Source: Harriotta raleighana
Taxonomy: Eukaryota
DNA length: 64,000 nucleotides
Assembly: GCA_050575255.1 (NCBI GenBank)
Contig: JBNZDD010013687.1
Span: 78,555 to 142,554, forward strand
Direction: 5' to 3'
In this document: positions 1 through 10,888 of the stretch, piece by piece
How the letters are laid out: each line of letters begins with the position of its first letter
How positions within the stretch are numbered: the stretch's first letter is position 1
Program-made: the position numbers and the translations under genes
The notes under the pieces: generated by a model
What the model saw: only the letters and a program-made list of their open reading frames with translations
Told to the model about the DNA's origin: nothing
Database searches by the model: none

Positions 1-1575
1 GCCCTTTAAACCTAATGTCTAATTTATATACTGCAGAATGTAGAGCATAAAATACCTTTTGAGGTGGGGGAATGAACTGCTGCACAATGCACTTGACATG
101 TCTCTTGATTTGTTAAGGTGAACAGATCATTCAGACAGATGTAATTACTTTACACAGAAAATAGTGGATCTGTGCAATAGGTTACCCAAAGAAGCAGTTT
201 GTCTCGGCTCAAGGGGAATTAATTATTTGTTAATTAATAATTAATAATTAATTCAAGCGGGAATTAATTATTTGTTTTTTTTGTTTTTAAATCAGCTGTG
301 GTGGGTTGGGGTCTTACACATTTCAATGTTGCATGTGTTTTATTCACATTCATTTGGGAATTGTAAAGCTCTTTTCTAGTAGTTGTGTGCATTCCAATAC
401 TCCTCGTAGATCCCATTTACAACCCAAGCATCAAAACAACACCAAACGTATTTCGCGCCTTGGGTCATCCTTCTGCCAGGTTGTAGTTGTTGCTGTTGCT
501 GGATTGTCAGGCTTCTTTCCAATTGCTGCCACAGGAGGCTGCTAGTGATCCATTTCAATCTCGCGCAGATTTGTCTCTACATGTTCCTCTGGTTCTCGAT
601 CTTCAAAATGAGCTGGGGACAAAGCTAAGCATGGCAGCTGTCAAACCGAGACCGTGAGTCCAGATCCGAAAATATGAATGACGCTCCTGGTATTCTAAGC
701 TTATGTTTTTCTTCCAACTGAATTTTGTTTCAACATGTTGGTTGTCCTCTTCGGTTTTCCTTCTTATTATAAACCATCGCTCATTGAAGGGGATGGCAGA
801 GCACATTTCTCCCTTGACTAAATCAACACTGTACCAAGACACTCAGAAATACGGGTTCCTTTTTTGTCTCCCTGTAGAAGAGCTATCTGTGCTGATCCTG
901 ACTCTGGCTTCCAATACTATTCTCAGCTGGTGTTACTTAAGCATTGGGTTTTTTCTTGGCTACTTTCTAATCAAACAGATTAGAATTCAAGTTTCAAGAA
1001 GGGTGCCAATGTCACATGTATGTCTCGCTTGGCAAATTATAACGTACAGGATCTTGGGTATCCCCCAGTCTTCTATCCAAATTTGAGAATGTCATCCTGC
1101 AGGACTGAATATCGCACTTGTAGATTGTCTGACATCTTCTTAAATGCATTTGGGAAACCCTCCATCAGTGCTCCTTACAAACAAATGTTCTAAGCATTAC
1201 CTGTATGCAGTGTTTAGACAGGCTGGATGGATAAGATTGTGCTGGATGATCCCGTCTCAAAGAATCCACTTGATGTAACTAATGTGAACCTATGGTGTCA
1301 AGTTCAGAAGCCACATCAGGAAATAATCTTTAAGTGATTTTCACCAAGCCTCAGCTCACCTTTCTCCTTCACGCTGCCACATTGGCAGGTTGTGTTGAAA
1401 TCTGTTTGACACCATGGATTTAATCACCGCTGCTGCAAGCAATTTCTGATTCCAGAGACTGGTAGTCACAGAAGCCAGGTACAATATCCTGCTATACTCT
1501 TGTCCCATTAGTAATCCTCGTTCATTGTACAGTCACTTTAATAAAATCCAGCACATGGTTCCATCTTTCCAAGTA

Positions 1576-1985
1576 CAGTAAAAGCTTGTTTATCCGGCAC
1601 CCAATCAACCGGAACGCTCAACCAACCGGCATCTCCCAATACAATTCACCATTCCAGCAAACGGATCTCATACCGGAGCCATCCGGGACACTTGCGAGTA
1701 TGCTCACTTTGCGCAAGCGTGCAATGCGTGCGCATGCGCACTTATTAAACTTAACAAACGCTGGAATTTTTATTTCACTGATCATTTTACCGAGTGTGCT
1801 AGAATGCTTTATTGGGTAAGTAGCATACAATATTCTGTTATTATTTATATTATTAATATGGTATATTTTAAAATAAGTTAATTTTTGTGGGGGATTTTCA
1901 ATAACTTGCCACTCAAATATCCAGCATATTTGATTAAACAGCACTGGACAGGTTCCGAGGATGCTGGCTTACCATGATTTTACTA
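1576..1985. mobile_element. Non-autonomous Tc1/mariner (Tigger/pogo-like) DNA transposon, decayed
   Basis: TA on both sides. The left end CAGTAAAAGCTTGTTTATCCGGCACCC resembles the reverse complement of the right end, TAGTAAAATCATGGTAAGCCAGCATCC. No transposase ORF. Confidence 0.6.
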
Positions 1986-3649
1986 TACTTGAAAGTTAAT
2001 CATGTACAAGTGACAAAATTGCTTTGTATGCCACAATGCCAGCCGGAAATGCAGTTATAATACTTCTGGTTGCAAGAGTAGAAATGAGGATCATTTCGGG
2101 ACGAACTTCAAAGCAAATCATTCATTGTTCATCTTGTTAATTTGTCTTAATTTTCATCTTGTTTGAAAGCGAATACCGTAGCATATTAACTTCTCAAAGG
2201 CAAATTGGGTGATTTATGTAGTTTTGTCTACATTTTGACCCTTTCCCCCTTTCCACAATAACAACAACAACAACAAAATTACACTTGTATAGTCTTTTAC
2301 GTCAGTAGGACGTCCCAAGGTGCTGGACAGTCATGGGGGACAGGGAGGGTGGAGGGTCCTTCCTACACCAATGAAAGAGGATATTCTTCTTTTGGCTCAT
2401 TGTCAACTGAGCTGACTATTGGTACAAAAGATAGTGTGCAAGATTGACCAGTACTTTGTTATCCCATCACAAATCTGCAACCCGTGAAACCAACCACTTG
2501 GTGTTCTTCCACGTATTCTGTAATGTATCATGCCGTGTGGAGTAGATCCCTCCTCAATTCCCAACTGCTCTGTATTTATGGACATTGATGCCATACATAT
2601 AGGATCATCTCTGCTCAGCAGCCTGGAGGAGCTCTTATTTTAGCAAGAGTTCGCAATGCTCCGAGACCCTATCCTGCTTGAAGGGAGCTTTACGGATGTA
2701 AGTCATTGTGGAATGCAAAGCAGGATTACCCTAGAGTCAATAAATGAATGATAAAGTTCTTTTACAAAAACGTTTAATCATCTGCCAGGATAAAGGCGCT
2801 TCGCATGAAATCCTTGCTCCAGTTTATTACCGTTTAAGTGGTCAGGCAGGTTTCAACACAATCGCTTTGGGGGCCACCTGACGGACACTATACAAGGGCA
2901 AGTTGTTGTCATTCTTCTTGCGAAATGGAGGTTATGTTAGGGAATAACCAATGTAATTGTTTCTGAAATGGACTTCAGATATGGTTGCCTTTTGGCACAT
3001 TGCATTTATAGATAGTCATGCAACACGATTTTGCTCCAACATTCCCTAGCTAGCAAGCCTGGTTCAGACTGATGGCGATGTGCCACATGCAGACTGAACA
3101 AATGCCTACAGAGAGGAAGAAAAACATTAGAGAAAATGTACTGAGCCTGCTGTTACACTATTCCTTGCCACCAGTTTCTGAGTAATTTTGGGAACATACT
3201 CTTGACACAGAAGGTAAAATGAGAACTGTTTTCATCATGTGGATCATGTACACTTTGGGCATATTGAGTCCAAGCAGTGCATTCCAGTTGTTATGACTCC
3301 AGGGAAGAGATTTAAATTTCAGGTCTCCAAAATAAATGTACGTCGTGTGAAATGACTGAGTCCCAGCATTGTTTCTTTTCGCCCGTTAGACAATTGCTCA
3401 AATTATTTTCAGAATGATTGTTCTCGGAGGAACATTCAGAAATTAAAAAAGATATAAAGTATTCTCATTCAGATGAAGTCTGTATGCATTTGCTAGGATT
3501 CCAGTACAGTGATGCACATTGCAGAGATACAGTACTACTGATTCAATATGTTGTATTTACTCCTCTCCTGATTATTGTCACATTATTATTACTGATTATT
3601 GTCCTGTTTCATACTCCACCCGCCTAATAATAATTCCTCAAAAAATAAT

Positions 3650-3830
3650 AAATTGGTCATTTTAAACCATGACTGTGGGACACGGCTGTACGCAATTAGC
3701 TGTTGTATTTCACCCAGAAAATATAGTCAATTTTCACTTTACAGTATATTCTGTGAAGTGCTTTGAGATGTCTGAAAGACGTGAAAAGCACTATATCAAA
3801 AGCAAAGATTATTATTAGTAGTATTATTAT
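3650..3830 (+). mobile_element. SINE 3' fragment, recurrent family in this window
   Basis: It shares the core ...gtgggacac.gctgt.cgcaatt.gctg...cagtcaatt..cactttacagtatattctgtgaag.gctttgaga...gtgaaaagc.ctatatcaaa...gattattatt with the copies at about 10745, 15820, 33905, 40437, 40722 and 62610. Confidence 0.8.
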
Positions 3831-4397
3831 TGTAATCCCTGTTCATTTGTACTTTCAATTTTAAATGAACTTCAGTCTGTGACTGAGCTTTTTAAACCTT
3901 GTTTTTTTTTAAACTGGGTTTCCTCTTCACATTAAGATACATCTCTTACAGTTTCCAATGCCCATTACTTTGGCATCAGCGCCTTGAGGATATTCTGCTG
4001 TCCACCACGATTCTAAATGACTGAGTGGAGAAAAAAGGAGGTCAATGAGATTTAAAGTTTGAAGGATCAAATCAAGTGATATCCGCACATCAGTAATGCA
4101 GTTGTATCTATATTTATCTCCCCAGAATACATGAACAAAAATAACCATCTCAAATCACTATCATACTTGGAAGTTCCGCAGTTGTTCTAGTTTCTGACCA
4201 TTAATCTGACGTACATTTTGAGGCCTTGGGAGAAGGAAGTGAATTTACCAAAGGTTCCTTTTTCTCTGCCGGATGATGAAACCTCATAACCAAAGTGTTT
4301 TGACATTTTGAGACTTCGACATATTCAGAAATAAGTTTTTTTTTCTCAGCTATTGATTGCATGTCATGTGCAAAGCAGCAGGGTTGCAAGCACATAC

Positions 4398-5405
4398 GAA
4401 CATAAGAATAAGAAGCAGGAGTAGGCTATTTGGCCCCTCGAGCCTGCCCCGCCATTCAATAATATCATGGCTGATCTTCTAATCGAACTCTACCTGCCCA
4501 CCTTATTCCCCATATTCCTTAATCCCTTTATCCATAAGAAATCTTATCAATCTCAGTCTTGAATATGTTCAAGGACTTAGCATCTAAAGCCTTTTTGGGG
4601 GTAGAGAATTCCATAAATTCACTACCCTCTGAGTGAAGAAATGTTTCCTCAATGCAAAATGGCTGACATCTAATCTTAAAACTGTGACCCCTAGTTATAG
4701 TTTCTCCAATCAGGAGAAACAGCCTCCCCCTGTCTATTCTATCATGCCCCTTAATAATTTTATAGGTTTCCATAAAATCACCTCTAATTATTCTATATTA
4801 TAGAGAATATAGGTCTAGTTTACTCACCCTATCCTCATAAGTCAACCCCCTCATCCCAGGAACCAACCTAGTGAATCTAAGGCGAGTATGTCCTTTCTTA
4901 AATAAGGAGACCAAAACTGCACACAATATTCTAGGAGCAGTCTCACCAAGGCCCGGTTGCAGCAAGACTTCCCTACTCTTATATTCTAACCCTTTAGTAA
5001 TGAATGTCAACATGCCATTAGCCTGCCTAGTTGCTTGATGTAACTGCATGCTAACATTTTGCAACTGGTGTACAAGGACACTCTGAATACTAACATTATC
5101 TAGTCCCTCCCCTTCTAGAAAATAATCTACCTCGGTGAATAACTTCACACTTCCCCAAATTATATTTCATCTTCCACCTTCTTGACCATTCACCTAGCCT
5201 ATCTATATCCCATTGCATTCTTTTAGTGTCATCCTCAGAGCTTATTCTCCAACCTAACTTTGTATCATCTGCAAATTGAGATATTTTAAGTTCTATGTCC
5301 TCAGCCAGATCATCAATATAGATTGTAAACAGTTGAGGCCCTGTCACTCATCCTTATGGCGCTCCACGAGTCACATCCTGCCAATCTGAGAAGGTCCCGT
5401 TTACG
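4398..5405 (-). mobile_element. 5'-truncated CR1-clade LINE (C-terminal reverse transcriptase region plus 3' UTR), frameshifted
   Basis: Minus-strand ORFs 5096..5347 (GPQLFTIYIDDL...SQFADDTKLG...WSRRWKMKYNLGKCEVIH), 4798..5148 (ANGMLTFITKGLEYKSREVLL, RFTRLVPGMRGLTYEDR) and 4528..4773 (ETYKIIKGHDRIDRGRLF...TRGHSFK) are typical CR1 ORF2 motifs. A short-repeat tail lies at about 4398-4415. Confidence 0.95.
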
Positions 5406-6229
5406 TCCTTTTGTGCACCAACAGTTGGAGCTCAGCAAGAAACACTGTACCCGCGCTGTAGAGCTCATCTTAATGAAATACACGTGCTGCTACAGCTATT
5501 TATATCCCTGTTGATTTCCACAGTTTAAGCTTGTGCGATCCTGAGTGCAATGCTTATTAGTTAATTATTTCAACTGCAAGCTGCAAACCTGTTACACTGC
5601 CTGAGGCATAGCTGCAGCTCTCCCTCTGTGCAGACAGCTCATAGACTTATCTTGTGCATCAGAGAGCACCAGTGAATGTGCGCTAGGATAATGTCCCTCC
5701 CCAGATGTACAATGGTGACCCTTTGGCATAATTGCAGCTCATCTTTAGCTTCAAAAGTTTAACTGAGAATAAATTAGGTTTGACGGTCCCTATGTATGTA
5801 TTAGTAAAGGTGCTTAGTTTTATAGCTTCAGTCATCTAAAAGCCTATAAATCCTTTCTGTTGCTATTAGGTGCAAGTTATTATTCACAGATTACTCTGTT
5901 TAATCATGCTATCCCTAAAGATAAAAATGAGGAGAGTAATTTAAATCTAAAGATAGATTTTAATTGCAGCTCCATCACATTTGCAATTGGATGAGAGGCA
6001 ATTAAATTCTGCAGTAATAGAGAAAATGCAGCTTGTAATTTTTATCAAGGTAGCATAACGCTGTGCAGGACAGTGGTGGCAGTTTTATTATTATAGATCT
6101 GAATAATGGACATTATTTGCCATATTGTCATGATTGGAAAGCACCATAAATACAGATCAGATTTAGGGGGCTAATCTCTTCCTCTTTCTTACGAAACTGT
6201 GTCAGTCTCCCAAAATGGCAGCAAGCTCG

Positions 6230-6570
6230 CAATACACTGATGTTACTTAAGATTGTGGGTTTCAAGCCTCACAGTGGGGACTTTGAGTACATAGTGTATA
6301 TTGACACTGTCAGAGGCACCATTCCTTGGATGTTGGGCTTGTTTGACTATTCAAAGGGTCACTAAAGATCCCAGGAGACTCGCATGAAAAAAGAAAGGAG
6401 ATTCTCCCGGGGTTTTAGCCAACCATTCCCCAGATAAGATTGGTCATTGATATTTTGGCTGCTTTGTGAGACGTTGCTTTGTGCAAATCGATTGTTGAAC
6501 ACTTTGAAACATTTCGATAATGTGACGAGATTCTATGTGAAAGGCAAGGATTATTCGGAATATTATTGAT
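6230..6570 (+). mobile_element. Decayed tRNA-derived SINE (Deu-domain-like)
   Basis: B-box-like gtgggtttcaagcc, a central aaagatccca...ttctccc...gccaac segment shared with the 19084 and 56607 copies, and a gcaaggattatt tail. Confidence 0.6.
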
Positions 6571-6849
6571 AATGAGAATAGCTGTTCAGACCAGAAAGCA
6601 TGCACAGTGGCACCCAACCCTATCACAGACCCCCACCCTGCCAATATATGGAATATATTTGCTTGTTGGCATTGATTCTTGGAATCTTATGGCTCATTTA
6701 AAGATCAATGCATTGGGATTTTATTTAAATAACATTTGTAACACAAAAAATTTTAAACCTTTTTTTTGGTACCACCTTAATGTTCAGAAACTCAACATAT
6801 TTCTTTGCAATTATTGCATTTAGCATTTCCAGAACATGTTCAGCACTTT

Positions 6850-7240
6850 TTCTAGGTCACGTATGACTGAGCTTATCAGGCTCCCCAATTCCTCCCTCCA
6901 TAGGCTGCAGATCATCCAGAGCTCTGTCCTCTCCCAGGCTCCACAATCCAATCACCCCCCATTCTTGGTCGATGTCACTGGCTTCCCATCACACAGAGGA
7001 TTCAATTCAAGATCCTGGTCCTCACATTGAAGGCCCTCCATGGCCTTACCCCTCCCTACCTCTGCAGCTTCCTGAACCCCGAACCAACCTGTCCGTTCCC
7101 CCGCCCCATCATCAGTGGGCAAGCCTTCAACCACTATCTCGCCAACCTTTGGAATTCCATCTCACAATCCCACCTCAAGTACCACGTCTTCAACTGTGCC
7201 ATCGGCCCCTTCTCTCCATCCTCCCGGATCCCGGCCGTGC
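6850..7240 (+). mobile_element. L2/CR1-group LINE 3' ORF2 fragment, degenerate
   Basis: Translated pieces LPNSSLHRLQIIQ and IQFKILVLTLKALHGLTPPYLCSFL...LWNS are typical of the L2-like ORF2 C-terminus. Frameshifted. Confidence 0.8.
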
Positions 7241-7520
7241 GATATCCTCCCGACATAAAGGGAGGGGGATATATGAATGTTGTTTGCCCTTTTCAGCATA
7301 TTCTGGTTCCTGTTGTGTTCTGCAGCAACCATTAAACAACAACATCAATTTACTTTGCAGTTTAGAGTATGATGATTTCTTCTCTGGCACTGCTACTAAG
7401 AACACTCTCTTTGCCATGTACACCCAGCAGAAGATGGATGTGCTCCAACATTCACCTCTCTCCACTTCACTTAAAGATGTGACATTCATTACTGGCTTTG
7501 TGTACTATATTATATATTAT

Positions 7521-7542
7521 ATAGATAGATAGATAGATAGAT
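7521..7542. repeat. (GATA)n microsatellite preceded by a TA-rich run
   Basis: atagatagatagatagatagat read directly. Confidence 0.9.
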
Positions 7543-8176
7543 ATCTGTTCAGGATTTTGAATGTCCTTTATTCATGCCACACACCTCAGGATTTTCTATA
7601 AGATCCTAGATCAATGCAGGCAATAAAAAGTTATTGACCATACAACTAGTTTGCGATTTCCAATGAACTGTTCAGAAACCCCATGTTTCTTACAGAACAG
7701 TATTCTTTTGAAGTTCCCTATTTGAACTTGTTGTATAGGTTATGTAATGAATAGGAAGCTGTAGTCCATGACCAGTTCTTCAATGTCTCCACAACTGGTC
7801 CCCTTAAATATTGAGTCCAATGGACCATACAAGAACTTCAGATTATTTATGAACAGGTTTGAATCATTTTGTCTGCCTGTGTATTTTTTATTGGAATAGC
7901 ACAAATCGATTTCCTGCCCAAACCTCTTCCTTGAGGTAGTCTTGGTATTCTTGGGCATGTTAGAAAGTACTCTTCTTTGTTCATTAAGTATATACTTCTA
8001 TACGATTCTCTCAAAACTTTTTTTAAATTTAAAAGTGTGACCATGAATTAGCCTTAAATGAATATTATCTGAGACAAATATTATCCAAGCGATTAATTCC
8101 TTCAAAAAATAAATGGCCAAGTAACTATTCAGGAATAGAATTCAAAAGTTCCATGGTAATGAGAAAATGCTATCTA

Positions 8177-8930
8177 CAGGTATCCCCCGATTTACAACGT
8201 CTCTATTTACATGATTTTGATTTATCAAATGCAATTTTTTAACACTTTTTTATCGAAGTATAATATTTTGTTTCGGTTTAGTGAAATTTTAAAATCATAC
8301 CTGATTTTTTTGGGGTAGAAAAAAAATCAAAAAACGCAGTATAGTATATGTATTATATTTTATATACCAACCTGAAATCCGTGTAGATATTGAGAAAAAA
8401 CGCGCCAAACAGTGGCCCAGGCGGAAGTGTATATCTAATACATCCCCGAGCCCTTGGGGATCACCTGATCATCTCATCCAATCGGTAACTGGCAGCCGCT
8501 TGACGTGATGTAAACATGTTGAACTGGCCAATAGCATGTCGCCACATCATTGTTTATACGATGGTTGCTGATTGGATGAGGTGATCAGGTGATCCCCAGG
8601 GCCTCAGGGCTCACGTTGGGTCCTAGAGGCTGGATCTGTACACGGGACGGGACCCGCTCGACTGTGATCGAGAGCCGCGGGACCCGCTCGATTTGGTATT
8701 AAATTAATTAATCATTAATTAAATTCATTAAGTCTGATTATCATTAAATTCCTTGAGGCAAAGTATTATTTTAGTGCATTTGGGGTCTGAAAATGTTGTC
8801 AAAAGAACGCATCTCGGATGATATCTGGGATGGGACCGTATGGGAGAATCCGTTCCAATTTAGGACAATTCGATTTACGTGATTTTTTTCAGGAACACAA
8901 GCAAACCTGCCGTAAATCGGGGGATACCTG
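8177..8930. mobile_element. Non-autonomous Tc1/mariner (Tigger-like) MITE, 754 bp
   Basis: Perfect 19-bp terminal inverted repeats CAGGTATCCCCCGATTTAC (8177-8195) and GTAAATCGGGGGATACCTG (8912-8930), with TA target duplication at 8175-8176 and 8931-8932. CpG-richer than the flanks. Confidence 0.9.
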
Positions 8931-9539
8931 TACTACACAATTTTCTGTGCTGTGGAGCTCTCGGGGAGGGCGTACAAGATCTGTGGAGGGTAGCGGGGCA
9001 AGGTTCAATGGATGAATATTTCAGAGATCAATGTTAAATTCTGTTTTTGACTTTTTCACAGAAAACAAAAATTGAGGCATTAATTGTGGGTTGATCTCAA
9101 ATAAACTTGTCATTTTGCCCAGTTCAATTAAAACTAACATAGCATCTGTTTTGGAGAATATCAATTCACTTGAGCAAACTCAGGCACATTGGGGTTTATT
9201 TCTTTAATTGTGGGTTAGTAGCAGATGTTTGCTATGCTTCTGCTTTTGTGTGGTGATCGCTCATCGTACATGCAGGATAACTCATGCTGTGGAATCTAAT
9301 CTAGGATTTAGTCTTCAGGGAGAGCAATTGCATTTCAATTGAGTATTGCGAATATCATAAGGTGTAGATTGATTAATTTGGAGATCAAAGGGTATAAGTG
9401 AGAATGATTGTGTGGCCTGCAAGTTTACAGTTGAAAGTACTTGGAGACTCTTTCAGAAATCTTTTCACTTTCAAACGAGTTCTTGAAGATGGTTAAAAGT
9501 TTGCATAACAATTTTTTTTTCTCACGTTCAATATACAGA

Positions 9540-9880
9540 TAACAGTCCAGGCTGATATTCCAGTGCAGTGGTGAGAATGTGCTGCATTGTCAAAGGTGTT
9601 GTCGTTCGGATGAGACATTAAACCGAGTCTCATCTGCTTGCTCAGGTGAACGTTAAAAGATATCATGGCACGACTCAAAAAGAGAAGGGAGTTTCTCCCT
9701 GTCTCGTAGCCATCAATCCCCCAAATAAAATTGACCTTTCACTTCATATATTTGCTGTGTGCAAAATTAACTACTGTTTGCCTAAAAATACAGTCACAAT
9801 ACTTAACAATAAAGTCATGTGTATTGTTTTGAGTCGTCTCCACAGTGTGGTGAGATGCTAAATCAAATGCGAGGATTATA
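9540..9880 (+). mobile_element. Decayed Deu-domain-like SINE
   Basis: Core ggatgagacattaaaccgag...tctgcttgctcaggtgaacgttaaaagatatcatggcac matches the 56607 copy. Tail atcaaatgcgaggattat. Confidence 0.75.
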
Positions 9881-10744
9881 TTATCAATATTCAAAATAAT
9901 TTTAAAAATCATATCACCACACAAGTACAAACATAAGGCAATTCGGACCGCAATTAAATACAAAAGAACGACCTAGTAACAATCTGTAGTTTTCCAATTG
10001 TTGAAAAATATGTACTATTTTCTCTTTTTAAAATCAATTTACATAAATTGATTGTACTGTGGTGCTTTTGTTTTTAATCCATCCTTTAGTTGAGGATTGA
10101 GATTTTTTTTCAATAAGCATCTTGCATTGCTTCTCTCATGGCAGATGGCAGGTTTATTGGTTGAAACATCTTGCACATCCTCAGCTATAAAACAGCTGTC
10201 TAGAAAGATCAATATGCACAGCATCATGGAAGGCAAAATTCGGGAAAACTGCCCGTGTTTGTAGTTTAGAATATATCCACCTAAATATTTTTGGATGATC
10301 GCACTGCAGCTAAAAATAGATATCTAAACATACAAGTGGCTAGCTATAAGAAGGACCCATTTCATGCAGAATGTTTCAGTGCTGGATCGTAAACCCAAAT
10401 TGTACAGTGTTATGCATTAAAACAGAATGCTGAATTTTTTTCCTACTGTCCCTGGGAGTCGATTACCGCTCGTCAGCTAAGATGCTGGCGGGTGCTCGGA
10501 TGTGAATGCAGCAAGATTATGACACCCTCAATCTTTAACACCCAACGTAGTACAACATCCAAATTGGAGTTTGGCAGGAATTATTCACAGTCACCTCAGT
10601 GGGGTAGAATGAAATACTTACCTTATGTTTGTGAAGACTAGATAATGTGCTGGATAAGGTAAAGGACACAAAATAAAATAAAATAAAATAAAGAAATAAG
10701 TGCAAAGCTGACAATGATGGTCACATACATATCGCGTTGACCTC

Positions 10745-10888
10745 CTTCCTGGATATTGCTGTGTGCAACTGGCTGCTGCATTTCTCCCACAAAACACACA
10801 GTTAATCCACTTCACAGTTTATCCTGTGATGCACTTTGAGACGTCTCGATGACGTGCTGAGCCGTATATCAAACTCAAGGATTATTAT
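10745..10888 (+). mobile_element. SINE 3' fragment
   Basis: gctgtgtgcaactggctgc...cttcacagtttatcctgtgatgcactttgagacgtctcga...atatcaaactcaaggattatta, the same family as the 3650 copy. Confidence 0.75.

Noticed and set aside
376-1100. Minus-strand ORF pieces including a poly-Q and IEDWGIPKILY (weakly RTE-like)
   Set aside because: They are interrupted by stops and have no recognisable domain. At most this is a very old retroelement remnant that I cannot support.
6972-7532. 186-aa ORF, the longest in the track
   Set aside because: It is an off-frame read-through of a decayed L2-like LINE into unique sequence and a microsatellite.
7560-8044. Two overlapping minus-strand ORFs that look like a frameshifted coding remnant
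   Set aside because: There is no recognisable motif or splice structure. A BLASTX search would be needed to assign it.
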